NCBI GenBank assembly: GCA_943788985.1
Contig: CALSSJ010000023.1
Coordinates: 64,001-128,000, forward strand
DNA from: an uncultured Lentisphaerales bacterium
GTDB lineage: Bacteria > Verrucomicrobiota > Lentisphaeria > JABSQK01 > UBA12247
Direction of reading: 5' to 3'
DNA: 64,000 nucleotides
Every line of letters begins with the position of its first letter. Position 1 is the stretch's first letter. Position numbers and translations under genes: made by a program. The notes beneath the pieces are model-generated. The model was not told where the DNA came from, did no database searches, and worked only from the letters and a program-made list of their open reading frames with translations. Shown piece by piece: positions 52,434 to 63,000 of the stretch.

Positions 52434-54464
52434 ATGCCACTTAATCTGTCGTCCTTGAACGCCCCCCAACAGGAGGCGATTCGGACGATTGATGGTCCTG
52501 TGCTGGTGCTTGCCGGAGCCGGCACTGGCAAGACCACCGTGGTGACCTATCGGATTGGCTGGATTCTCCAAAGCGGCGTCCAGCCTGAGCATATTCTGGC
52601 GGTCACGTTTACGAACAAGGCCGCGCGGGAGATGAAGGAGCGTATCGTCAGGCTGTTGCCCAACGAGAAACACTCGGCCCTCACAGTCGCCACCTTCCAC
52701 GCGTTCTGTGGCCGGCTCCTTCGTCGCTACGCCCGCCGGTTCGGCTACACGCCATCGTTTGGAATCGCCGATGATGGGGATCAGCGCGACTTGATTCGCC
52801 AGTCCCTGGTAGAGCTGGGAAATCACAGCGACGAACTGACCGTGCCACGCATGCAGTCCTGGATCAGCGCTGCCAAGAACAAGCTCTACACCCCGGACGA
52901 TGTGCGGGACGACCCAAGCCAGGAGTGGGCAGATACGATTGCCACGGTCTATGCGTCCTACAGCAAACGCTTGCACGCGATGAATCTGGTGGATTTCGAC
53001 GACATGATTCTGCTGGTGGCACGCTTGTTACAGCAGGACGAGGAGGCGCGAAATGAGCTGCGAGAGCAGTATCAGTACATTCTGGTGGACGAGTACCAGG
53101 ACACCAACATGGCCCAGGCTGAACTGCTGCGACAGCTAGCCGGCGAGCGCCAGAATCTGTGCGTGGTGGGCGATGATGATCAGTCTATCTATGGCTGGCG
53201 CGGAGCTGAAATCGATAATATTCTGCAGTTTCCGCAGCAGTATCCCGGGACTAAGGTGATCAAGCTAGAGCAGAACTACCGGTCCACAGAAGTCATTCTG
53301 AAGACGGCAAACACCGTGATCGGCGGCAATAGACAGCGTCACGCCAAGGAATTGTGGTCTGAGCGCGGGCACGGCGACGTGATTCGGCTGCATGAGTTAC
53401 CGACCGAGCGTGAAGAAGCGTCCTTCGTAGCACGGGTGGTGCAGGAGCTACGGTTTGAGCGTAAACTTGAGCCTAAAGATATCGCAGTGCTCTATCGCTC
53501 TAACGCGCTTTCACGGCTACCGGAAGAAGCGCTGCGGGCCAAAGCGATCCCCTATCGCGTAATCGGGGGCCAATCGTTCTATGAGCGGCGCGAGATCAAG
53601 GACACGCTCGCCTACATGCGGGTGCTGGAGAATGAGCGGGACGAGCAAGCGCTGTTGCGCATCCTCAACGTGCCGCCGCGTGGAATCGGCACCACCACGA
53701 TCGAGAAGCTGCGGCTGCGGCGAGAGTTTAGCAGCAGCCCGATGCAGCGAGTCTTGGGCGAAGACCAGTTTCTCAGCGTGATCCCAGCAGCTACTGCGGA
53801 GTCCGCAAGAGGATTCCTGGGCTGTATTCGGCAGGCTCGACGAATCGTAGCGCAGCCCGGCAAGCTGAGCGCGAAGGTGTATCAATATTTAAAGGATATC
53901 GGCTATATCTCAGGGTTGCCCAAAATTTACAAGAAGCGCAGTGAGTATCTGCGTCGGTATGAGAACGTGCAGGAATTCATCCATGCGATCCACGAGTATG
54001 AGCAGCGGGCGGCAGATCCCTCGCTGCGTGACTTTCTGGAGCGCAACTCGCTATCCGAGGCCGCGGACCAGAAGGAGGAGGAGAACGAAAATGCGGTCAC
54101 CTTAATGACCGTCCACGCCGCCAAGGGCCTGGAGTTTTCTTTGGTCGTGGTGGTCGGCATGTCTCATCACACCTTTCCCCATCATCGCTCGGTGCTGGAG
54201 CGAATGCTGGACGAGGAGCGACGCCTTTTCTACGTCGCCATCACCAGAGCGAAGGACCTGCTGATCTTGACCCGACCGCGCACGCGCAATACCCTGCAAC
54301 ATGGCCGCATGGTGGAGAAGAGGTCACTGCCGTCACAGTTCCTGGCAGAAGTACCAAGCGAGTTCCTAACAGTGAACGATAACGCACTCTTTGAGAGCGC
54401 AGGAACGGATGGAGCCCTGGACCACCTGGCGATGCTCAAGCAGCGCTGGGCGAAAAAGGACTGA
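52434..54464 (+). CDS. UvrD/Rep/PcrA superfamily 1 DNA helicase
   Basis: LAGAGTGKT, TFTNKAAREM, DEYQDTN, VGDDDQSIYGWRGA, LEQNYRST, TVHAAKGLEF, EERRLFYVAITRA. Confidence 0.95.
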   Translation: MPLNLSSLNAPQQEAIRTIDGPVLVLAGAGTGKTTVVTYRIGWILQSGVQPEHILAVTFTNKAAREMKERIVRLLPNEKHSALTVATFHAFCGRLLRRYARRFGYTPSFGIADDGDQRDLIRQSLVELGNHSDELTVPRMQSWISAAKNKLYTPDDVRDDPSQEWADTIATVYASYSKRLHAMNLVDFDDMILLVARLLQQDEEARNELREQYQYILVDEYQDTNMAQAELLRQLAGERQNLCVVGDDDQSIYGWRGAEIDNILQFPQQYPGTKVIKLEQNYRSTEVILKTANTVIGGNRQRHAKELWSERGHGDVIRLHELPTEREEASFVARVVQELRFERKLEPKDIAVLYRSNALSRLPEEALRAKAIPYRVIGGQSFYERREIKDTLAYMRVLENERDEQALLRILNVPPRGIGTTTIEKLRLRREFSSSPMQRVLGEDQFLSVIPAATAESARGFLGCIRQARRIVAQPGKLSAKVYQYLKDIGYISGLPKIYKKRSEYLRRYENVQEFIHAIHEYEQRAADPSLRDFLERNSLSEAADQKEEENENAVTLMTVHAAKGLEFSLVVVVGMSHHTFPHHRSVLERMLDEERRLFYVAITRAKDLLILTRPRTRNTLQHGRMVEKRSLPSQFLAEVPSEFLTVNDNALFESAGTDGALDHLAMLKQRWAKKD

Positions 54465-54475
54465 CCTAGGCCAAC

Positions 54476-55198
54476 GTGTATCTGCTTCACAACGACAGCG
54501 TAGCGTTTCCGCCGCCCCAGCTGGCAGACAGTGATGGTTTTCTCGCCGTCGGCGGCGACCTGTCTGCAGAGCGACTGACAGCGTCGTATGCCTTGGGGAT
54601 CTTTCCGTGGTATAACGAACCGCCGATCCTGTGGTTCTCTCCCGCCCCCCGGTTTGTCCTGCCGCCAGAGAAGCTGCGCATCCAGAGGAGCCTGAAGCGC
54701 GTGATTGCGAAGTCCGCATTTACGATCACAATGGACCGGGACTTTTCGGCCGTTTTGCGCGCCTGCCAAGCCGCCCCCAGGACCGGCCAGGACGGCTCCT
54801 GGCTGAATGATGACCTGATCGCTGCGTTTGAATCAATGCATGCGCTCGGCCGGGCACATTCTGTCGAAAGCTGGTCGGACGGCGAACTGGTCGGTGGCCT
54901 CTACGGAGTCACCCTCGGCAGCGTCTTTTTCGGGGAGTCGATGTTTGCGAACATCGCAAACGCCTCGAAGGTGGCATTCGCCCATTTGGTCCGACACCTG
55001 ACGGACTGCGGCTTCAGCCTGATTGACTGTCAGATGCATACACCGCATCTCGAGCGCTTTGGCGCTGAGTTTTGGTCACGCGAGCGGTTTCAGGAGCACC
55101 TCGCAGCGCATACGGGCCGAAAACCCGCAACCGCGCTAGGCCCAGCCATTCTGGCGGAGGTCAAGGCACCGATTAATCCTGGCTCGGAGGAGCCTTAA
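54476..55198 (+). CDS. aat: Leucyl/phenylalanyl-tRNA-protein transferase
   Basis: GGDL, GIFPW, HSVE, LVGGLYG, FFGESMF, ASKVA, IDCQ, HLERFGA. Confidence 0.95.
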   Translation: MYLLHNDSVAFPPPQLADSDGFLAVGGDLSAERLTASYALGIFPWYNEPPILWFSPAPRFVLPPEKLRIQRSLKRVIAKSAFTITMDRDFSAVLRACQAAPRTGQDGSWLNDDLIAAFESMHALGRAHSVESWSDGELVGGLYGVTLGSVFFGESMFANIANASKVAFAHLVRHLTDCGFSLIDCQMHTPHLERFGAEFWSRERFQEHLAAHTGRKPATALGPAILAEVKAPINPGSEEP

Positions 55199-56969
55199 GA
55201 AAGCGGATTAGGCGCTCGCGAACAGCTGCGCAGGAATTGTCTTGACCAAGTAGATTGATGGGGACCTTGTGGAGCTGGGCGTAGGCGCGGAGTGCAAGTG
55301 CCGAAGGCCCCGGAGCCGCCCGATTCGGCCTCAAAACGCCGTGCCAGATCGCCAGCTTTTGGGAAGGGGACAGGTCCTCGCGCCAGCGGCGGCTGATCAC
55401 CCGGTCTTGCGTCGTAATGGTGATTTGGCCGCGGTCAACGGCGGTCACGGTCCCTTGAGAGGAGGCAGGAAGGTTCGCCCCAATCGCGGCATACGTTCCC
55501 GCAGGGTCAGCCGCGCAGCGCGAAAGCAGCGCACGCATGAGCTGGCCCTCTGCTTCGTCCAAAGTGACCATGCATGCTACGAGCTCGCGAGAGGCCCGGG
55601 TCTCCAAGTCTAGCGCGTGCGCGTCCGCCAGGCGCCGAAGCGTGCCTTTGTATTGCAGCATGGCTACCTTTAGTCGCTCCAGGATGTCGCATTCTAGCCG
55701 GTATTGGTCGAGGCGTGCCCGTTGATGACGAGCGCGCTGGTCCGTGCGCTGCTGTATGGCAGTGACGAGCTTTTCTCGCCAGGCGGTGGTGGCGTCGCGA
55801 TGGGCACCTACGAGTGGCAGTAGCACTCGAAAGGTGTCCAGCCGCGCGAGTGCAGTGTCGAACTCTTCTGCATGAAACAGAGCTTCGATCAGAGCAAGCT
55901 CATCATCAACCGCAGCCTTAATCTCCTGGCGGGCAGATGCAATCGCCTGCTTCACTAAATCTCTGTCTTCCGCGGTTTTCGCCGAGGAGATGAGCTCGCT
56001 TCCTTCGTCCTCAAAGGCAACGTACTGGCCAGCCTGCGCCAAACGGACGAGATGGAAAGCGCGCTGCTTCAGCACGGCGCCACTGCGATCTGTCCGCACA
56101 GGCACTGGCGCGATGGTCTTCCGGATGTTCTGGCTGGTTTCCGCAGAGAGCGCCTCTGCCGTCGCTCCCTGCCAACCCTCGGCACGAGTAAGGTTGTATA
56201 CGCGAAGGCCCCCTGCGATGCCTAATACGACCGTACAGGCCAGTGCTAGCCGGAGTACGCGCCCTAGCGATCTCTTCTCCACAACAGAGTGCTTGGCCAA
56301 GCGCTGATAAATGCGAAGTTCGTGATCAGCGATTGTGCCAGCTTGATGCGCGGCGTTAAGCTCGTCTTCACTGGGCTGCCAGCTCCCGCTAATGAGCCTG
56401 CCATAGAGCCTGCGGAGTGCCTGCTGGCCCTTCTGTGCCGAATCGTCCGGGTAGCGATGGGACCAGGCATCGATGATGCGGACAATCTCGCCATGATGTG
56501 CCCATGGGCCCCAGATGGTGCCATCCACCGTGACCTCACTCTCGCCAAGATAGATCATCGGCAAGGGGGTCTGATCGTCGATCGTGCTAAGCGCCTGGCT
56601 CAAGCCGGGCAAAAGTGCCGCGAGACGGTTGGCAGAAAACCGCCCGGGGCGAAGAAGTGCCTGCCAGATTGGCTCGCCACGCCGATGGGGGCGGATCAGA
56701 TACAGGCCACGGTCACCATCGATCACAGCTGGCGGACGGCCAAGGGGATGACGCATGGTCGTGGCCTCGAGCGCATAGGCATTGAGCGCTGTGTTGTCAC
56801 AGGCGAGCCGATCACAGGCCTCTATCTCCACCAACGCGCCGTTCTGACGCCCTAGGAACCAGACTGCCCGCCCCGTCTCATAGAGGATGCGAATGGTCCG
56901 GATATCCCGTGCAGCAAGCTCTTGGCTCGCCACCACTTCGAGATCCGGAGCCTTGACCTCAGTAGCCAT
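55173..56969 (-). CDS. Hypothetical single-pass membrane protein with degenerate kinase-like N-terminus
   Basis: 598-aa ORF, one TM (LALACTVVLGIAGGL), helical C-terminal region. Confidence 0.6.
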   Translation of the reverse strand: MATEVKAPDLEVVASQELAARDIRTIRILYETGRAVWFLGRQNGALVEIEACDRLACDNTALNAYALEATTMRHPLGRPPAVIDGDRGLYLIRPHRRGEPIWQALLRPGRFSANRLAALLPGLSQALSTIDDQTPLPMIYLGESEVTVDGTIWGPWAHHGEIVRIIDAWSHRYPDDSAQKGQQALRRLYGRLISGSWQPSEDELNAAHQAGTIADHELRIYQRLAKHSVVEKRSLGRVLRLALACTVVLGIAGGLRVYNLTRAEGWQGATAEALSAETSQNIRKTIAPVPVRTDRSGAVLKQRAFHLVRLAQAGQYVAFEDEGSELISSAKTAEDRDLVKQAIASARQEIKAAVDDELALIEALFHAEEFDTALARLDTFRVLLPLVGAHRDATTAWREKLVTAIQQRTDQRARHQRARLDQYRLECDILERLKVAMLQYKGTLRRLADAHALDLETRASRELVACMVTLDEAEGQLMRALLSRCAADPAGTYAAIGANLPASSQGTVTAVDRGQITITTQDRVISRRWREDLSPSQKLAIWHGVLRPNRAAPGPSALALRAYAQLHKVPINLLGQDNSCAAVRERLIRFLKAPPSQD

Positions 56970-56974
56970 GCCCG

Positions 56975-57994
56975 CTACGCGTAGGTCGCGACTCGTACTT
57001 CGACCACTTGGCAGCCGATCAATTGAAACGCCTGAGTGACACGAAGGAGATGCTCGTCATCCGTAAAAGTGCCGACGATGGCGCCGCCTGAGCCGCACTG
57101 CTTCGCATGGCTACCGTTATGCCTAGCCGTCTCGACCATCTCTAGGTTCATCGGCGCGAGGTCGTACACCGAGCGCCTGAGCTCAAAGTCACGCGTCATC
57201 AGAGGCCCAATCGCATCCTTGTCCGCACGCTCGATCACCACTCTGGCTTCTTCTACTAATTCCGCCTTCTGCGCCATGACCCGGAGGATGGCCTTTTTCT
57301 GATCCTCTGGCCGCCTCTGGATATTCCCATGGACTCGCCCCGAGGACTCCGAGAGCCGCTCGTCATAGGCTACGTATAGCCGGGGTAGGTTCGCCGGGTC
57401 AAGACGCTTGTAATCTCCATACAGGTTATAATTCCGCTCAAAGGCGTCGCGCGTAAAGTCCATATAGACGAGGCCGCCGTAGATGGATACCACGCGGTCC
57501 TGGGGCCCAGCTACGATACCAAGCTCCAGGGTTTCAGCTTCGAGAATTATATTTGCCTGAATTGGAAGCGGAATGTCCGTATCCGCCAAATCATAGAATT
57601 TCATCAGGCAGACCAACGTGGCGCGGGCAATGGCACTGGACCCAGCAAGGCCCACGCGAAACGGGATGTTGGAACTGTAGGCCAGATGAAAACTGCGCTT
57701 TCCGTCGAGTTGGATATTGAGTCGCTGGCAATGCCGATGTAGCCGGACAATGGTGGCCTCGATGATCCGAATCCCGCCATAGTAGCCAAACTCTCGGCGA
57801 AAATGTACCAACTCATCGAGTCCGGCAAACGCGCGCCCATCGTGGTTGGTCCGCTCAATCTCAATCCGCTCCGATTCTGTGATGGTGACCTCTGCCTGGA
57901 ATGCATCAAGCAGCAGGCTGATGGTCCGCCCATGAAAGAGATCAGAAGGGTTCCCAACCAGTCCGGTTCGGGGGTAGGCAACGGTGCGAATCAT
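56975..57994 (-). CDS. GHMP family kinase, glucuronokinase-like
   Basis: RTGLVGNPSD..GRTIS, PFRVGLAGSSA (GHMP motif), AGPQDRV..YGGLVYMDF, GSGGA. Confidence 0.8.
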   Translation of the reverse strand: MIRTVAYPRTGLVGNPSDLFHGRTISLLLDAFQAEVTITESERIEIERTNHDGRAFAGLDELVHFRREFGYYGGIRIIEATIVRLHRHCQRLNIQLDGKRSFHLAYSSNIPFRVGLAGSSAIARATLVCLMKFYDLADTDIPLPIQANIILEAETLELGIVAGPQDRVVSIYGGLVYMDFTRDAFERNYNLYGDYKRLDPANLPRLYVAYDERLSESSGRVHGNIQRRPEDQKKAILRVMAQKAELVEEARVVIERADKDAIGPLMTRDFELRRSVYDLAPMNLEMVETARHNGSHAKQCGSGGAIVGTFTDDEHLLRVTQAFQLIGCQVVEVRVATYA

Positions 57995-58487
57995 AGTCAA
58001 CGTCCAGCTTGTAGCAAAGGGAAATAAGCCTCGAAAACTATACCTGCAAGATCGAGAGTTGCGATGTTCGCAAAGTCCATCGCCAAAGTTACAGCTTTCT
58101 CCTAGCCCTTGAGTAAATATCAGTCAATCAGTTTCAGGAGAGATCAATGCTATAACTACACATTCCCTTTGAGGATGCCCTGCTCGATTTGAAGAGCGGC
58201 TGCACGGTGATGGGGCGTTGTGAAGGGGGGAGTCGCGATGTGAGCCCGATTCACTCCGCCCCAAGATTGGGACGGTTGTGCTATCAGCAGAAGATCAAGA
58301 TCTCATGTTTGCCGCCGATGCGTGTCCGCTTGATCTAGCCGCAGAGCTCTTGATCCGGCTATGAGACCTTGAGTCGTTGTGTCACGATGCCGGGTCGAAC
58401 ACCAAAACAACAACCGCATTCGCTGACAACGGGACGCGCACCGAGAAAGCCAGATCTTTTTCTGCCGCCCGCGGCAGCAGGTGCTTC

Positions 58488-59909
58488 TTAGCTGACGTCG
58501 CGTACCAGAACCGTGTCACCGCGCACACTGAAGGCGCGAATCTCAGAAATCGCCACAACGCAGTCTCCTGCCTGTAAGTGGCCCTGCTCCTTGAGATGGC
58601 TAATGGCCGTCTCCACATCATTGAGCGGCGCCTCTTCGCAGAATTCAATCAGATGCGGCTGCAACCCCCAATGGAGCGTGAGCTGCGGTAAGACCTTACG
58701 ATCATTGGTAAAGCAGTGAATCGGGGTCAGGCTGGGCCGAAACCAAGAGGCGTACCGTGCCATCGTGCCCGTGTGGGTAAACACGATGAGTGCGGAAGCC
58801 CCGAGTTCACCAGCCATACTGGCGGCTGCTTTCATGATATGAGCGGGGCGTGCATCGACTTGAGCACCGGCGGAAAACCCTGCCTTCTCTCCCTCTTCGG
58901 TGCGCTGGGCGATGCGATCCATCACTTCGACACAGCGAAGCGGGTAGCTGCCAATCGATGTTTCTCCGGAGAGCATGATCGCGTCAGCCTCCTCGAATAC
59001 AGCATTCGCGACGTCTGTGATCTCGGCCCGGGTCGGAGACGGTGTTTCAACCATGGACTCGAGCATATGGGTCGCGACAATGACGGTGCGGCCGCGCTCG
59101 ACGCATTGCTTGACTACGCTGCGCTGAATAAGCGGCAGGTCTTCGTACGGGCACTCAATCCCGAGATCGCCGCGGGCGACCATGATCCCGTCAGCGACGT
59201 CAATGATCTCCTTACAGTTTCGAATGCCCTCTTGGTCCTCGAGCTTGGCAATGATGCGCTGATTTGCCCCGTCGTGATATTCAAGAATGCCCCGCAGCTT
59301 GACCACATCACTGGCTTCACGGACAAAGGACATGGCAAAGAAATCAACTTCCATTTCGATGCCCAAGTTGATATCACGAATATCTTTCTTGGTCAGCGCC
59401 GGGAGGTTTACCCGAACCCCTGGCAGGTTGATGTGCTTGCGGCTGGCCAGGACGCCGGCAGTAAGTACTTCGCAGTGCAGCTGATTGCGGCGCTTCTCAA
59501 GGACACGCAGATGGATGTCGCCATTGTCCACGATGACCACATTGCCAATGCCAATGGTGTCGACAAGGTCATCATAGTTCACGTCTACCGACTGGTGCTC
59601 TTCTGAGGTCTCGCCACGCACCGTCAAAACAAGCTTCGCGCCTACAGCGAGCTCCAACGGCTGCTCTACATCGCCTGTCCTAATCGCGGGGCCCTGGGTA
59701 TCCATGAGAATCCCTACGGGAATGTTCAGCTCCGCGCTGATTGTCCGAATGTTGTCGACAATGCTTCGGGCGCTCTCGTGGGTCGCATGGGACATATTCA
59801 ATCTCGCTACATTCATGCCTCCTTTAATTAACTCGCGGATCATCTCCGGAGAATCGGTCGCTGGACCGATGGTGGCGAGAATTTTTACGCGTCGATTGAT
59901 GTTGCCCAT
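58488..59909 (-). CDS. pyk: Pyruvate kinase
   Basis: KILATIGPA, ARLNMSH, DTQGPAIRTG, AKLE, MVARGDLG, PTRAEITDVANA, MLSGET; start 59909 or 59921. Confidence 0.96.
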   Translation of the reverse strand: MGNINRRVKILATIGPATDSPEMIRELIKGGMNVARLNMSHATHESARSIVDNIRTISAELNIPVGILMDTQGPAIRTGDVEQPLELAVGAKLVLTVRGETSEEHQSVDVNYDDLVDTIGIGNVVIVDNGDIHLRVLEKRRNQLHCEVLTAGVLASRKHINLPGVRVNLPALTKKDIRDINLGIEMEVDFFAMSFVREASDVVKLRGILEYHDGANQRIIAKLEDQEGIRNCKEIIDVADGIMVARGDLGIECPYEDLPLIQRSVVKQCVERGRTVIVATHMLESMVETPSPTRAEITDVANAVFEEADAIMLSGETSIGSYPLRCVEVMDRIAQRTEEGEKAGFSAGAQVDARPAHIMKAAASMAGELGASALIVFTHTGTMARYASWFRPSLTPIHCFTNDRKVLPQLTLHWGLQPHLIEFCEEAPLNDVETAISHLKEQGHLQAGDCVVAISEIRAFSVRGDTVLVRDVS

Positions 59910-60045
59910 AGATTTTCCCATAGTTTTGTGTAGCAGAAAGCGCTGGCTTCGGGAGCCCAAGCGCGATGTAAAAACACCAACGAGCACCAATCCTCGCTGG
60001 GCGAAGATTGGTGCTGTTAGCGTTCAGCTCGAAGCTGGGTCGCAA

Positions 60046-63000
60046 CTACTCGAAGTGAATCACACGTTCCTGGTCGCTGTTGACCCAGTAGCCCTTCCCG
60101 GCCTTGAGCGGCAGCGGATCCGTCAGGTCGAGCGGGCGATAGCTCCCACGCGAGTACTCAGACACCTTACTAGGATCAATCCCGTCAGGCACTGCCATAT
60201 CTCGCGTCGGGCCAATCAAGTTCCAGCCTTCCTTGAGCACGATCGTCAGCGGTGCATGATAGCCACCGACCACGATTGTAGCCGCGATGTCACGTGGGTT
60301 AAGGACCCAATAGCCCTCGCCAGCACGAATCTCGGTCGCAGCGATATAGCTGCCGTTGAGGAAGGTCCAGGCGGCGCCACTGATAATGCGCCCGGTATTG
60401 TTGGCGAAGACCAGGTCTGGATCTGGGTCGTTAGGCGTGATTGGGAAGGAGATCAGGTTCCAGCCCGCATCCAGCGTCAGGCTAACGGTCCGGCTGCTCT
60501 GCGCAATCATCACCCGGAAGACGCGTGTCGTCCGCTCGGTATTCCCCGAGATATCGATGCCGACACGTCGCTCAGCCAACATATCCAGCTCCGTACCAGG
60601 GATTGGTGCGAAGTCGCTGTCTGGGTCTACTTCTACCCAAGTCAGCGGCAAGTCAGACCGTGGCAGCAGGATTGGGTCCCACTCGATGCGCACTTCTGTA
60701 GGCTGATCCCCAAAGTCAAGGTAGAGATACCAGGTCGCTGCATCGCCAAACGGACGCATGTCAAGGGACAGCGCGGAGTGCCCTTCGGTGAAGCCTGCAG
60801 AGAAGAAGCTTCCGGATGGCACACTGGTGCCGTCCGGTAGTGGGGTCGGTCCGTTGACGTTGCCGAAGAAGGCGGGAATGTTCAGCGAGGTGGGCAGATC
60901 CACATCAAGGTTTTCATCCCAGCCATGGCTTGCGCCAGCCAGCCAGCCAATCCCGACTGTCTGCGTCGGCGCTTCAGAGCCATCCCCAAAACGCTTGTCG
61001 ACGCGCAGGGTCGCAAGCCAGGCCTGCTGCTCAATCTCGACTTCAACACTGAGCGGACTGTCCGCACTTACTTCACCAGCCGGATTCCGTGCGAACACAG
61101 AGACCGCCCATTCCTGGCCAGCCTGCGTAAAGCGGTGGTCCAGGACACGATCCTCTGTGACCATGACCTGCACGCCGTCCACGTACCAGCGGTAGAAGAG
61201 CTGATGACCGGACAGCACCGTTGCTGGGTCTACGTCGGCGAAGAGATCGTCGGTGACCTGTGCGTTCGTGGGGCGCAGCACAGGCTGCGCTGGCGAGCTC
61301 ACGAAGACCCCTGGTACCGGGTTGGCCAAAACCAGGATGCCGTACTCAGAAGCGAGCGTACCAAACTGATGATGCGGGGCAACACGGATGTAGTAGGTGC
61401 CTGGGTCCACGACCACTTTGAAGCGGGCAGCCAGATTGAATTCCGGATGCGCGAACGAACGATAGTCATCATTGAAAATGATCGCACGCTCGAAATCGCC
61501 TTCGCTGTATAGCCACATGCGCGTATCAACGCCAAGATCCAGGCGCGTTCCAGTATCTCGGGCCGGATTGCGAATCCGCTGCTCGATCTCGTCCACGGTA
61601 CGACCGGTAGCGACTTCGACCTCAGAAGTTTGCAGAACTGTAAACTTCATCCAGTCCTCGTCTTCCAAGAAGAACGAGTGGGCCTGCCCTTCGAACGTAC
61701 CTTCCAGCGAAAGAGAATTGCCCTCTTCCTCGGTATTTTCGGTGTCTGAACCGGAATTGTTGTTGCTTTCGTTGGTGTTACCGGACTCCTCGACGGTGCT
61801 GAACCCACCCGACTGATCGCCGCTGTTCTCGTCACCGCCACCGCCGCCGCCGCCGCTACCATTCTCTTGGTCCGTGGAGCTGTTGAACACATCAAAGCCG
61901 TTGACCAAGATCCGACGCGCTTCCTGCGGTGTATCATTGGGCTCGTAGGTCTCGGCATCGATGACCAAGGAACTCGTTCCTTCTCCGCCACCTCCTCCGC
62001 CACCACCTTCGTCATCCTCGTTGGAACCGGGCAAGCCGAAGCCTGGGAAGACGGTGACTGTTTGGGACCGCGCTGGCTCGCTGCGGTTGCCGAACGTATC
62101 CACGGCCTGCACTTCGCAGTAGACCAGAACGCCTTCTAGACGATGATTCTCAGTCGCCAACATGGTGCTGATGATATTGCTGTCGATCGCAAACTCAACC
62201 TGAGCCTGGCCTGCGGTCAGGATGATACTGCCTTCAAGAATATCGCCATCGTCCGGCGCAAGTACGTCGGTACCAGTACCACTGAGCAAGTCGTCAAGTT
62301 CAGTGCCTGTCACGCTCGTGTCGACGAAGCCTGGGAAGCCGATCTCTTTCCGTCCGCCAGTTTCGATCACACCTTCGGTGGTTGTGCGCGAGCGGCGTTC
62401 CAGCTGTTGGTAGGTATTGGTCACACGGTTGAAACCGTACCACTCGAAGAAGTATGACACCACGTCCCCATCGGGATCAACGGCAGGCAGGGTGAGAACA
62501 CAACGAATGTCGTCGTCTTCAGCACGAGGCTGAGCCGGCTCGATCGCAATCGCAGGCGGCTCTGGCCGGCTGTTAGTGCCAACCCCGCCGCCGTGGACAA
62601 AGCTGTTGCTGTAGCTAGGAGCGCTGCGACGCCCGGTGGCGGTGTTGTTTCCGTCTACCTCATCGGTGACGTAAGCCTCCAGTTTGACCACATCACCGAC
62701 CCGCAGCTGCGCGTGACCATATGACAGGTCGACCAGCATTAGCGACCAATCCGTGATGGCAATGCCCTGGTTCTTGATCCAGCGCGTGAAGACATGGACT
62801 TGATCGCCGTCGGCGTCTGTAGGTTCGGTCGTCAGCGTGCCGATGTAATGCTCAGCGCGCTCATCCTCGTCCAGATCGGCCTGGGAGACCACGTACTCGG
62901 CTACGGTCGGCGAGCTTTGAGCGGCGTCTACAGTAACTGCTTCACTCCATACCCAAGTACTCGCACCACCGTCTTCATCCACGGCACGTACAGAGACGCG

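Noticed and set aside
58377..58487. tRNA or small RNA downstream of pyk (GTTCGA-like sequence and a GC hairpin)
   Set aside because: No cloverleaf could be built; the hairpin has a 2-nt loop and no U-tract in the pyk direction.
61835..61860. CCG trinucleotide run as a phase-variation tract
   Set aside because: It encodes poly-Gly in frame; triplet slippage would not switch the gene off.
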